Source: Octopus bimaculoides
Taxonomy: Eukaryota
DNA length: 64,000 nucleotides
Assembly (NCBI RefSeq): GCF_001194135.2
Contig: NC_069001.1
Location: 9,915,901-9,979,900 of the forward strand
Direction: 5' to 3'
This document shows, one piece after another, positions 23,961 through 36,865 of the stretch; position 1 is the stretch's first letter; each line of letters opens with the position of its first letter. The translations under genes and the position numbers were made by a program. The notes under the pieces are model-generated. The model did no database searches. It was given only the letters and a program-made list of their open reading frames with translations, and was not told the origin of the DNA.

Positions 23961-25299
23961 ATATATATATATTACATAATAGCAGCTATTTTAATGTGAT
24001 ATACCCTGGGTGATTTTGTGATGAGACCAATCATATGAAAGTTATTGTAGACTGTATTAAGGAGAAATATTGTAACAGGAGATAATTTAAAACAGTTATT
24101 AGTTGTTATATATTATGTGAGTTATTGCTTTAAAAGTTAGACAGTATAAAACATATTGCCTTGATATTAATAATTATTAGAGTTATTGTACAAAAAAAGC
24201 TATTCTAGTGAATGATATCGTTATTTTAATGCAAGATATTCCAATATAATTAAAATAAAAATCGTTCTGTTGTTATATCGTTTAGTGAAAACTATTATAA
24301 TGAGAACTATTGTTATAACAATTATTGAAGTTCCGGTTATTATATGTTGCGATTTTGTAGAGAGTGATAGTGTAAATAAATGCAATTTTCATGACATATT
24401 CATGACGAATATCATTGTAATAAAATTTATTTTAATGGAAATTATGTTGAGGTATATCATAATGAATGATAGCTGTTATAATCAAAATTATTGTAGGGAG
24501 TGAGATTATAAATATGTACAGTTTTAATGGCAGATATTTCAATATTATTGAAATGAAAGTTGTTTGATGGGAAGCACTTTAATGATACCTATTATAGTGA
24601 ACGTGTATGTAATAATACATTTGATAATCAAATCTAAGGTAAGCAGCAATTGGAATGAGTGTTATTGTAAGTACGTGCAATTTTAATGACAATTTGCAAT
24701 ATCATAGCAATGACAGTGGTTATAATGGGAAATCCGCTAATGAAAACTGTTATAATTGTTGTTATAATGAGGGATTTAATTGGTTGAAAGATATAGTAAT
24801 GCGATTTATATTTATAAAAAGCTATTGTTATGACAGTATATTTTCTAATAAAAGATATTGCATTGAATTCCGTTGTAATGTTTCTTTTGGTACAATGGAT
24901 TACTGTATTGTATATTATGGTAATTAGATCTATTGTAATGAGAGGTATCGTAGATAAAATCGTTACAATGAGAGTTACTGTAGCAGGTACTATTAATGAC
25001 ATATTCTATAACAGCGGCTATTAGTTATACGATGATTATTGTGTGAACATCAATTTTATTCAGAGACACTGCTATAAAATTTGTTTAAATTCGAGATATT
25101 TGAACGAGGACTATTCGAAAATACTCCATGTTATCTTCTACTAATGAGCAAGCAGTATTGCTCCGAAATATAGGTTATGTCACAGTTGTTTAGGAATATA
25201 ATCTAAAAAGTAGAAAATTATCAATATCAATTAAGTCTACTTGAAACGAAAATCATTCTAAATCTATTTAAACAAACCCCAGGGTCAGGTTCTTGTATC

Positions 25300-26570
25300 A
25301 AAATATATTTGATATAAGGAAATAAAAAATAAGAATTTTTCCTCAAATTAATTATTAATATGAGATCGAGTGATGGAATCTAACAAAATTATGTTTTAAT
25401 ATATTAATTGACAGCTACATTAGTTTGTAAATATTCTGTTCGAATATAGTTAGAAAGGTGAACATTTTAGGATATTCGGCATATTTTGCTTTATGAGTTC
25501 AATAAAAGCAACAACGCATCGGAAAGTACGAGAAATATTAATGCAGTATATGGTGATCGGACAATAAGTATAAGCCAGTGTTAACGGTGGTTCCAAAAGT
25601 TCCAAGCTAGAAATTACAGCCTAGAAGTTGAGCCTCGTCCTGGAAGATCTGTAGAGCTCGACGAGGAGGTCTTACAAATCCTGGTTGTACAAAATCCCAT
25701 CGTGACTGTTGAGGAACTAGAAAAGTAGCATGGATTTGGTCATTCGACCATTCATCGACACCTGCGTGCCATCGGAAAAGACAGCAAATTGGGCCAATGC
25801 GTTCCTCACAAACTTTCCGAGACTAATCGCTCGTGGATAGTGAATGTATACTATTCTTTGCTGTCACGCCTCACGAATGAACCTTTTTGGACTGAATAGT
25901 AACTGCCGACAAGAAATGGGTTCCCTATAAAAAATGTCAAACGCCGAAGACAGTACGTAGAGCAAGGAGAAACACCGGAACCCCGGGTGAAAGGTCTTCA
26001 GCAACGCAAAGTGTTGTTATCTGTTTGGTGGGATATGAAAGGCTTAGTCCACTTCGAACTTTTAAACACAAAGCAAACGATAACAAACGAGATCTACTGC
26101 GAGCAGCTTGAGCGGCTTAACAGTGTGCTAGAAGAAAACCGACCATCTTTGGTTTCAAGATGAAAGGTGTTCTTCCATCAGGATAATGCTCGGCCACATA
26201 CAGCGAGGATGACATTCTAAAGGCTTGAGCAGTTTAAATAGGAAAAGATGCTCCACCTACCATATTCGCCGGACATTGCTCCATCTGATTATTATTAATT
26301 CCGCAGTCTTCAAAATGATTTGGACGGAACAAATATGAATTTAGTAGACGAGGTCGGAACAATACTGAAGGAGTATTTTTCGTCACGGACAAGTGAATTT
26401 TAGAAGAGGGTACTTGCAAGTTTACCAGATAGATGAAAGAGCATTGTAGAAAATAAAGGAGTGTATATTTTAATATTTTATATTGAAAAAAACAACAACA
26501 ACTTTGTTTATCTTAATTGTGAAAAATAAAGCAAGTATAAAAACCGCATTATTTATGGGATGACTCAATA
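25300..26570 (+). mobile_element. Mariner DNA transposon, right TIR intact, left TIR not found
   Basis: Carries the transposase relic below. Right end aaaccgcattatttatgggatgactcaata at 26541-26570 is followed by (TA)n, consistent with a TA target. The left boundary is a guess. Confidence 0.85.
25474..26473 (+). pseudogene. Mariner (D,D34D) transposase pseudogene
   Basis: IRHILLYEFNK..RWFQKF..EPRPGR..CVPHKL..IVTADKKWV..SVWWD..HQDNARPH-(34 positions)-YSPDIAPSDY. In-frame stops at 25582 and 25726 and six more downstream. Compensating -1 (about 25888) and +1 (about 25930) frameshifts. No ATG; in-frame TAG at 25468. Confidence 0.95.
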
Positions 26571-27051
26571 TATATATATATATATAATATATCTCAATCA
26601 ACACTGAAATAAAATGTTGTTACTGAAAGAAAATGTCTTTGGAATTATTATTTATTTTAAAATTGCTATTTATTTTTTACATCAAAAGATAGAGATACGA
26701 TTGAATTATTTCGCCGTATTGTAGCACCGCCACTATACACACACACACACACACACACACATACAAAAGTATATACATAACATATGCAAATAAACATAAA
26801 TATCCACGTCTATCTGATATAGATACAATTATGAATATAAATGTAACTCGCAATACACAAGCACCCAACGACACATTTTCAATGCCATACAAACGAAAAC
26901 GTGTAGAAGCACAACCATTTTAAGTGTGTGTTCGTGTAAGCGAAATCAGGGGGGTGGGTGATATCCTTTGTTTACATATTTTTTATTTTTATAACTGTGT
27001 ATTACTGAGAAAACTGATATGAAATACGTTAGCTCTGTACTCACACACACA

Positions 27052-27083
<32 letters not shown>

Positions 27084-27351
27084 AACATATATAGATATAT
27101 GGATATTCATATGTATGTATATATATATATATATATATATATAAACATATATNNNNNNNNNNNNNNNNNNNNNNNNNNNNNNNNNNNNNNNNNNNNNNNN
27201 NNNNNNNNNNNNNNNNNNNNNNNNNNNNNNNNNNNNNNNNNNNNNNNNNNNNNNNNNNNNNNNNNNNNNNNNNNNNNNNNNNNNNNNNNNNNNNNNNNNN
27301 NNNNNNNNNNNNNNNNNNNNNNNNNNNNNNNNNNNNNNNNNNNNNNNNNNN

Positions 27352-27383
<32 letters not shown>

Positions 27384-27734
27384 TGTGTGTGTGCGTGTTT
27401 GCGCGCTAACGCCCACCTACACACAGGCATGTTCATCTAACTGACAATCCTATTCGAAGACATTTATAGTTTTATTGCTATTATCGCTTTACTCCTACTG
27501 ATAATAATGGTGGTGGTCGCGGTTGGGTAGGGGGTTCTATTGGAGGTTTGTTAAATATTTATGGACGGTTTTGCATTTTGAAATGTCACTATTTTCTTAA
27601 CTTAAAAAAATAAATTCTAACTATCAGTTTTTCAACGTTTGCATAAGTTGTTCTTCCCCCATTTCTCTCCTTTTCTCGTCTTATTATTTTATATATACAT
27701 ATCTACTTAAACAAGCTAGTTATACATCTTGTTG

Positions 27735-28010
27735 TTTTGTTGTTGTTGTTCTTCACCTCCTCCACCACTCTCCTTCGCTTCTTATTTTTCTTCTTCTTCT
27801 TTACCTCCTCCTCCACTGCTCTCCTTCGCTTTCTTCTTGTTCTTCTTATTATTATTCACCTCCTCCTCCGCCACTCTCCTTCGCTTTCTTCTTCTTTTTC
27901 TTCTTCCTCTTCTCCTTCTCCTCCTTCTTTTACTTCTACTCCACCACTGTCCTTCGCTTTCTTGTTCTTGTTCTTGCTCTTGTTCTTGTTCTTGTTCTCC
28001 TTCTTTCTAC
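27735..28010. repeat. Complex repeat: four copies of a ~29-bp core (acctcctcctccaccactctccttcgctt) separated by variable (CTT)-type tracts
   Basis: Cores start at 27755, 27803, 27858 and 27932. Confidence 0.8.
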
Positions 28011-28533
28011 CTTAATGCAGTTAGTGTTCTTGTTGTTCAAATTCTTTTTTATTTGTGTTCTTTGTACTTGTAGAATATATTGTGAGAGAAAGTTCAAAAA
28101 ATATTACAGAATGAAGTTGTCGTTCTTTACGTTTCTCCTTATTTTGAAGCTTAAAAAATTTTTTTTATTAGACATGTTATTGAAGTTGTTGTTAGTAATG
28201 TAGCTATGGAAGTGATCGCTGAATTAAAAATATTTTTTCTCCATCTTCAAGACAATAAATACAGCGAATTGTTCCCATGGAATTTATAACTGTCCACTGA
28301 TACACAAACACACGCGTATACACCCTTCTTGCACACACACACGCACATACACACATATGCNNNNNNNNNNNNNNNNNNNNNNNNNNNNNNNNNNNNNNNN
28401 NNNNNNNNNNNNNNNNNNNNNNNNNNNNNNNNNNNNNNNNNNNNNNNNNNNNNNNNNNNNTATATATATATATATATATATATACATATATATATAAACA
28501 TAGGATATACTTACATATACGAACGTATACACA

Positions 28534-28737
28534 TATAATTCTTTATTGTCCACAAGGGGATAAACACAGAGTGGACAATCAAGGACAGACAGAGGGATTA
28601 AGTCCATTACATCGACCCCAGTGCGCAAATAAGTACCAGTTACGCACTGGGGTCGATGTAATCGACTTAATCCCGCTGTCTGTCTTTGTTTGTCCCCGCT
28701 ATGTTTAGCCGCTTGTGGGCAATAAAGAATTTTATAT
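28534..28737. repeat. Palindrome built from two inverted copies of the SINE-A1 3' module
   Basis: Left arm about 28534-28625 (ttctttattgtccacaagggg..atcgaccccagtgcg), 17-nt spacer, right arm about 28643-28737 (cgcactggggtcgat..gggcaataaagaa). Confidence 0.9.
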
Positions 28738-28927
28738 ATATATATATATAGGTAACATTGTTGAACGACCTTTCGTAAATTGGCGAATTAGATGTTTAGA
28801 TCATTTACTAATTGAAGATTTATAATCTTGACGAAATTGTCTTCAAGACGTTATCGAGGAAATGTGTTTGGATATTGGATATTGAAAAAGAAATATACGT
28901 ACGACATTAGACAAGTAATGTAGTGAG

Positions 28928-29000
28928 GACATTGAGTAAAGAAAATTTTAAGAGATTGACCAAAGAATATTTTAAGACATTGACCCAGGAATGCTTTTAG
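28928..29000. repeat. Degenerate 24-bp tandem repeat
   Basis: gacattgagtaaagaaaattttaa / gagattgaccaaagaatattttaa / gacattgacccaggaatgctttta at 28928, 28952 and 28976. Confidence 0.65.
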
Positions 29001-29775
29001 TCAACAGAACATTGCCAAAGAAATACTTTCGATACTAACCTAGTAATGTAGGAAAATGTTTAGGGAATATATTGGAAGATATTGACAAAGTGACGTTGGC
29101 GGGAATAAAATGCAGTTTTTCTTTATTTCCAGGTCAAAATCATTTACACGGCGGCGAAAGAGAAATTTTAGATACAGTGAAAATAGCAAATCTTTAATAT
29201 TCTTTAGACGTGGTTTTATTGTTGAAATGCGTTTTAGCTTGACTCCAATATGTCAACATTTGCATAAAGTGGAACAATATTTGCAATTGAATTTGAAGAC
29301 ACATAAGAAAAGATGGAATCCTTTTCAGAAGAGCTAGCCAAGCCTTATAAAAGCTATTAAATGAATTTTACACAGCCAGACGTCGAAATAGACGTACTTT
29401 ACTGCAATACAAGTTTTCAATATGATGAAAATAGTAAGAAGCTGATGTGACTGTGACTTCTAAACACATTTAGGATATTTCCGAAATAGCCAAACTTAAG
29501 CAGTGACAAGTGAAGATGTTTGAGATTTAATCTAGAAATAGAAAAAAATGAAGACATTTTATTGAGGAAAGAATTATTAAAGTTATGAAGATTAGTAAAT
29601 ATTTGATTCTAAATTAAAACCAAAGTACAGAAAAGTTTATTTTTCCTTCTCATCTCTGGCAGTTATTTGCTCCATCTGTCTCGCCTCCCGATCGCGTCTC
29701 TCTCTTAGTCACATGATGATACGTTTTTCTTTATAGCAAATTTCATTTGCATTCTCTCAAGCTACTCGCCATCTC

Positions 29776-30023
29776 TCTTACTCACTCATTTTCTTTCTCT
29801 CCCTATCTCTCTCTCCCTCATTTTCTTTCTCTCCCTCTCTCTCTCTCTCATTTTCCTTCTCTCCCTATCTCTCTCTCTCTCATTTTCTTTCTCTCCCTCT
29901 CTCTCTCTCATTTTCTTTCTCTCCCTCTCTCTCTCTCTCATTTTCTTTCTCTCCCTCTCCCTCTCTCTCTCATTTTCTTTCTCTCCCTCTCCCTCTCTCT
30001 CTCATTTTCTTTCTCTCCCTCTC
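29776..30023. repeat. CT-rich minisatellite, about 27-33 bp units (cattttctttctctccct(ct)n), running into a gap
   Basis: Unit core cattttc repeated about 8 times. Confidence 0.9.
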
Positions 30024-30441
30024 NNNNNNNNNNNNNNNNNNNNNNNNNNNNNNNNNNNNNNNNNNNNNNNNNNNNNNNNNNNNNNNNNNNNNNNNNNNNN
30101 NNNNNNNNNNNNNNNNNNNNNNNNNNNNNNNNNNNNNNNNNNNNNNNNNNNNNNNNNNNNNNNNNNNNNNNNNNNNNNNNNNNNNNNNNNNNNNNNNNNN
30201 NNNNNNNNNNNNNNNNNNNNNNNNNNNNNNNNNNNNNNNNNNNNNNNNNNNNNNNNNNNNNNNNNNNNNNNNNNNNNNNNNNNNNNNNNNNNNNNNNNNN
30301 NNNNNNNNNNNNNNNNNNNNNNNNNNNNNNNNNNNNNNNNNNNNNNNNNNNNNNNNNNNNNNNNNNNNNNNNNNNNNNNNNNNNNNNNNNNNNNNNNNNN
30401 NNNNNNNNNNNNNNNNNNNNNNNNNNNNNNNNNNNNNNNNN

Positions 30442-30479
<38 letters not shown>

Positions 30480-30693
30480 TGTGTGTATGCATGTGTGTGT
30501 ATATGTTTGTCCCCCTACCATCGCTTGACAACCGATGCTGGTGTGTTTACGTCTCCGTAAGCTAGCGGTTCGACAAATAAGACCCATAGAATAACTACTA
30601 GGCTTACAAACAATAAATCTTAGGGTCGATTTGCTCGACCAAAGGCGGTGCTCCAGCACGGCCGCAGTCAAATGACTGAAACAAGTAAAAGAG
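30442..30693 (+). mobile_element. SINE-B from the internal microsatellite to the 3' end; 5' part probably in the gap
   Basis: (TA)n(TG)n followed by tttgtccccctaccatcgcttgacaacc..gctccagcacggccgcagtcaaatgactgaaacaagtaaaaga. Confidence 0.92.
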
Positions 30694-31459
30694 TATATAT
30701 ATATCCAAAGCTTTCCAGTTTCATTCATATTTGTAACTTACTTCTTTTCCTTAGATGCTCATTCTTTGTCGATCCTTGTCTCTTGTCTGTCGTTCAATCT
30801 ATTTCACTATCCTTCTATCTTTCTCTCGAGATTTTAATTCTCATAGCAAAATTCAAATCAGCTCCCGTTTTCTTTTCAAAACATCTTTTAAAATACGGTC
30901 TGTGTTTCTCGCTGTCTCTTTCTTTTTTTATCTTTCTCTTTTTGTGCGTCTCCCTCTCTTTCCTTTAACCTTACATCCTCTTTCTCATTCTGCATTATCT
31001 TCTCTCGTTTCAGTGACGTAGCTTTATTATACATCTAACACTCAAACTTCGACATCTTCCACAGACGCACACAAACGTACATACATACATACACAGAAAC
31101 AGACATATATGCAAACACAATCATACACGCAAACATTTATGTATATATATATATATATATNNNNNNNNNNNNNNNNNNNNNNNNNNNNNNNNNNNNNNNN
31201 NNNNNNNNNNNNNNNNNNNNNNNNNNNNNNNNNNNNNNNNNNNNNNNNNNNNNNNNNNNNNNNNNNNNNNNNNNNNNNNNNNNNNNNNNNNNNNNNNNNN
31301 NNNNNNNNNNNNNNNNNNNNNNNNNNNNNNNNNNNNNNNNNNNNNNNNNNNNNNNNNNNNNNNNNNNNNNNNNNNNNNNNNNNNNNNNNNNNNNNNNNNN
31401 NNNNNNNNNNNNNNNNNNNNNNNNNNNNNNNNNNNNNNNNNNNNNNNNATATATACATA

Positions 31460-31492
<33 letters not shown>

Positions 31493-31924
31493 GTACGTAT
31501 GTTTTATTTTTGTCATTTGCAAAATTTATACCTCTCTCTCTTACCTATTTCATCCACGCATTTATTTCGACGTTTTCCTGGCCATTTCTTCACTATCACA
31601 CTTAGACTTCCATATAATTCATCTAACATCTCTCTATAATTCCATCTTCCTATCTCCATTTCTTTCTTTCTCTCACTCTCTCTCTCTCTTCTTCAGCTTC
31701 TTCCTCCGTATTTCCTTTCACTCTTCTGAATTTCTATACTTTCCATCTTATCACAAATTCTTATTTACTTTTTCCTTTAAAATATTTTCTTTTCTGTGAT
31801 AAACCATTTGACACCAAATTATGTTTAATTTTTGCAAATAACGTCTAATTTCCATTCTCTTAAGAATCTCTCGTATGCCAAATTTAACTCATTTTTTTCT
31901 CCCTTTCTTTCATTTCCTTTCCTA

Positions 31925-32150
31925 GTTGCTGTTGTTGTTGTTATTATTATTATTATCATTTCACCAGCACTACCACCACTACTACCACCATCACCACAAC
32001 TATCAAACATCACCACCTCTGCCGCTACCGCTACCGCTGCCACCACCACCACCACCACCACCAGTACTGTCGTCGTCGTCGTCATCATCATCGTCACCAT
32101 CACCATTATCGTCACCATCATCATCATCATCGTTATCATCATCATCCCAA
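31925..32150. repeat. Compound trinucleotide repeat (GTT/ATT/CAC/CGT/CAT)
   Basis: Read directly from the sequence. Confidence 0.9.
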
Positions 32151-33871
32151 CCACCTTTATTCATACTTTTGTTGATGTCGGTTGTAATAATTATAATTAG
32201 TCTTGTGGTTGTTGTGTTTCTGTTTATGATGTTGTTCCGCTTCTTGTTGATCTTGTTAAAAGACATTTTTAGTTTGTTTTGGGTTTTTTTTTTGTTTTTT
32301 TTTCTCCTGCTTTGCATTTCTCGGTAGAGGGGCCGGAGGAAATTTATCGACTTCAATTTAATTAGAATAGAAATCACCTTTCTTACGTTTTATTCCATAT
32401 TAGATTACAAAAATGTCTAATTTATGCAATATCTTATAAAGAATGGATACCGAAACGAAAGTATAAAAAGAAACCAAAAAAAAAAAAACACGTAACGACA
32501 AAACAATAAAATAATATATATTTTTTAAAATACATACAAACTAAACCACCACCAGGAAAGAGAAAAACAAGGAAAGTAAAAGAAAGAGATGGAGAAAAGA
32601 AAATTGAAGAAGAGGAAACATCACATGAAGAAATTGAGAGAAGGAAAGAAAATGGAAACGAAGTGGAGAGACATTTTTGAGAAAGGAATCTATGGATAGA
32701 ATAGAGTGTTAGTAAAGAGAATGGATGGGGCGGAAAATGGGGAGAAAATTTATTAATGATAAAAATGTTCGGAGTAATAAGATATATTGAGTTTCAACGA
32801 GGCAGTTTTCTCAAAATCAAATTTACTGTTATTTACAATGTTCAATTTTGCCAAGAATACTTGGAGTAAAGTATGAATTCAATGTTGATTTTATTGAGGT
32901 ATGCGCTGATGGTGGTGGTGGTTCNNNNNNNNNNNNNNNNNNNNNNNNNNNNNNNNNNNNNNNNNNNNNNNNNNNNNNNNNNNNNNNNNNNNNNNNNNNN
33001 NNNNNNNNNNNNNNNNNNNNNNNNNNNNNNNNNNNNNNNNNNNNNNNNNNNNNNNNNNNNNNNNNNNNNNNNNNNNNNNNNNNNNNNNNNNNNNNNNNNN
33101 NNNNNNNNNNNNNNNNNNNNNNNNNNNNNNNNNNNNNNNNNNNNNNNNNNNNNNNNNNNNNNNNNNNNNNNNNNNNNNNNNNNNNNNNNNNNNNNNNNNN
33201 NNNNNNNNNNNNNNNNNNNNNNNNNNNNNNNNNNNNNNNNNNNNNNNNNNNNNNNNNNNNNNNNNNNNNNNNNNNNNNNNNNNNNNNNNNNNNNNNNNNN
33301 NNNNNNNNNNNNNNNNNNNNNNNNNNNNNNNNNNNNNNNNNNNNNNNNNNNNNNNNNNNNNNNNNNNNNNNNNNNNNNNNNNNNNNNNNNNNNNNNNNNN
33401 NNNNNNNNNNNNNNNNNNNNNNNNNNNNNNNNNNNNNNNNNNNNNNNNNNNNNNNNNNNNNNNNNNNNNNNNNNNNNNNNNNNNNNNNNNNNNNNNNNNN
33501 NNNNNNNNNNNNNNNNNNNNNNNNNNNNNNNNNNNNNNNNNNNNNNNNNNNNNNNNNNNNNNNNNNNNNNNNNNNNNNNNNNNNNNNNNNNNNNNNNNNN
33601 NNNNNNNNNNNNNNNNNNNNNNNNNNNNNNNNNNNNNNNNNNNNNNNNNNNNNNNNNNNNNNNNNNNNNNNNNNNNNNNNNNNNNNNNNNNNNNNNNNNN
33701 NNNNNNNNNNNNNNNNNNNNNNNNNNNNNNNNNNNNNNNNNNNNNNNNNNNNNNNNNNNNNNNNNNNNNNNNNNNNNNNNNNNNNNNNNNNNNNNNNNNN
33801 NNNNNNNNNNNNNNNNNNNNNNNNNNNNNNNNNNNNNNNNNNNNNNNNNNNNNNNNNNNNNNNNNNNNNNN

Positions 33872-33915
<44 letters not shown>

Positions 33916-34256
33916 TTGGTATTATATTAGACATGTAGGCAGTAATACTTATTTACCTAGGTAGCAATCAGTCTTTTTTTATCGGTATTTATCTGCACAT
34001 ATATAATAATATAAACAATAATGTGTACTAGTTCCGGCGGTATCCTGTATGTTTGTTAGTAAGAGTATACATGTGTTAGAAGAAGTGGGTGCATGTGAGT
34101 TCACATAAATGTCGAGGAAATGTTATGAATGTATTCACTTTGTCTATAGATGTTTTCTGAACGTATATAAGTGAATATGTATATTACTAGAATTCATGTA
34201 TAAACACATATTCATTGACTTGATATTAATATGTTCCATTGTGGTTTAAAAACAAA

Positions 34257-34294
<38 letters not shown>

Positions 34295-34386
34295 GATACA
34301 CACACACAGACACGCACACATACGCATGCACACTCACACACTTCGTATATATTGTATATAAAATGAAAATACACATATGCGGCATA

Positions 34387-34428
<42 letters not shown>

Positions 34429-34550
34429 CATATTTATGTATATATATATATACAGTAAATATATATATACATATATATATATATATAATATGTAAGTACA
34501 ATCACACACATGCACATGCATACACACATGCACACACACCTACACACAGT

Positions 34551-34602
<52 letters not shown>

Positions 34603-34738
34603 TATAGATGTTAATCTGTGTGAGAACATAATCTATCAACATTTATCTATCATTTTGCATAAATTATGACACATATATACATTATATTTATGCATACATA
34701 TATATATATATACACATACATGTGTGTGTATTTATACT

Positions 34739-34790
<52 letters not shown>

Positions 34791-35428
34791 TTTTGAATTA
34801 CACTCACATACATAGCGAATGAGTGTACGCTATATCATCAACATTTGGGGGTGTGTATATGTGAGTTTAAATGCGCTCTACTAGCTCTTGACAGAATATT
34901 TATTGGAGTTATTTACATCCATTACGATGGAAAGAGACGAAGTAGGAAACATAACGAAAAGAAGCACCTGACACGTTAAAGCAAAGTGGCTCAATATAAG
35001 GCCTATATTTTAGATTATTACATCGATATTAGTAATAACTCAGAGCAAAGCCGCCTACAGATTTGATTGCCTGATAAGAAGTGAGCAATAAATAAATTCA
35101 ATAATCTGTAAGGCCCGATGAAGAAAATTGCTTGATAATTGTAAAGTTATGAGCATAAATATCTCAAATGTCTCATCGAACTTTAGCTGAAGCTGAAGAA
35201 TTTCTTTCCCCGAAAAAAAAAAAAAAGAAAATCAAATAAACAAACCGAAGTTTATAGTTTATATTATTAACAAATTCCGGAATTTTTCAATAGCATGAAA
35301 AATAGGACGGTTACAGATTATTGTAAAGGGAGAAATTGATGCCAAAATTCATCATTGTATATAACCGATATTACACAGACACACATATATGTACTTTTAT
35401 ATACATAAGTTCATAAATACATACATGC

Positions 35429-35461
<33 letters not shown>

Positions 35462-35769
35462 NNNNNNNNNNNNNNNNNNNNNNNNNNNNNNNNNNNNNNN
35501 NNNNNNNNNNNNNNNNNNNNNNNNNNNNNNNNNNNNNNNNNNNNNNNNNNNNNNNNNNNNNNNNNNNNNNNNNNNNNNNNNNNNNNNNNNNNNNNNNNNN
35601 NNNNNNNNNNNNNNNNNNACACACACACACACACATATATATATATATTATGTAAGCCCCTAAGCAGGAATCGCCAAGGTTTTGGCCAAAATTTCAAAAT
35701 TTCATACTGAATCTCTGCTCAACATTCTCTATCATGGTCAATGCGGTGATCACACGCTACACACCTTCC

Positions 35770-36111
35770 TTCCAAGCACTGTTGTAAACAGTGTCTTTGA
35801 ACTAGTTGATACCCCCCACATTCTTCTGATTTACACCCCATCTGACTATCATTTGTTTCCCAACATGAAAAAAAAAACAAAACATTTGGCTTGGAACGAC
35901 TATCGCTGTGACAGTAACGTTATATCTATTGTTGATAACATTTTTGAGCAACAGGTTCACAGCTTTTTCTCCAGTGGGATTCAAGCACTGCAAACCGATG
36001 GAAGAAGTGTGTGAGCTGCATGGAAGTATATGATGAAAAATAAACCCCCATTTGATTACATTCAATAAGAATATCTTGTTCAACCTATGAACATTTCAAA
36101 CGACCATTCTA
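35770..36111 (+). mobile_element. Mariner 3' fragment (second family) with right TIR
   Basis: FELVD/fs/HPPHSSDL/fs/PSDYHLFPNMKK..F..GIQALQ/fs/RWKKCV..YDEK* is a mariner C-terminus. It ends aacctatgaacatttcaaacgaccattcTA. Confidence 0.85.
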
Positions 36112-36450
36112 GACTACATTTGTCCTAATAACCACAAACATGTATACATGATTATGTTTGAAATTAACTCAGATGGTTTTCGTAATCGTTTCCAGATTAT
36201 CTTCAATCCTGGCGCATTGGCACTTCACTGTCAACATAGTCCAACCATTTGCAAATACCCAGGTCGGGTCACCCACTAAGTACTACTGGATTCTTTTCTC
36301 TTCGCATAGGACCCGTAGACGCTGGAAACTATTATGAACTTCTACATCCGTCTTCTAATAACCTTTAAAAACTGATTAATTCTGTAATAACCCTTAACAT
36401 CTGTGTCATAGCAATGTAATTCCACTTTAACACGCCGAGCTTAATTCTAT

Positions 36451-36865
36451 TCTTTTTATTTTTCGTTGCTTGTTTCATTCCTTTGACTGTGGTCATGCTG
36501 GAGCACCACCATGAAGGGATTTCTAGTCGAATAAGTCGACCCCAGGATTTATTCTTTGTAAGCCTAGTACTTATTCATTCGATCGCTTTTGCCGAACCGC
36601 TAAGTTACGGGTACGTAAACAATCCAACATCGTTTGTAAAATGATGAAGGAACAAACGTAGACACAAAGATAACCGCACATAAATACACACACACACATA
36701 GATATTCGACGGGACTCTTTCGGTTTCTGTCTACCACATCCACTCACTAGTCTTTGCTTGGCCAAACGCTTTAGTAGAAGACGCTTGCCCAAGGTGCAAC
36801 GCAGTAGAACTGAACCCGGAACAAAATAGTTGGGAAGCAAGCGTCTAACCATACAGCCACACCTG
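36451..36865 (-). mobile_element. SINE-B, near full length
   Basis: gactgtggtcatgctggagcaccacc ... gacgcttgcccaaggtg..gaacccgga..aaccatacagccac. Confidence 0.9.

Larger units (their letters stand above)
19640..25080. repeat. Degenerate 15-bp satellite (consensus about AATGANAGTTATTGT), interrupted by SINEs, a gap and a non-satellite block at about 21780-22280
   Basis: 15-nt register is visible at 20963/20978/20993, 23186/23201/23216 and 24937/24952/24967. The top strand is visibly richer in G than C. Boundaries are approximate. Confidence 0.7.

Noticed and set aside
27755-27990. CRISPR-like repeat/spacer appearance
   Set aside because: Eukaryotic context, low-complexity spacers of unequal length, non-palindromic repeat, no cas genes.
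31825-32377. Asp/Gly-rich, Pro/Ser-rich and Thr-rich ORFs (e.g. DDDD..GGGG)
   Set aside because: Compound trinucleotide microsatellite open in several frames on both strands, with no complex domain.
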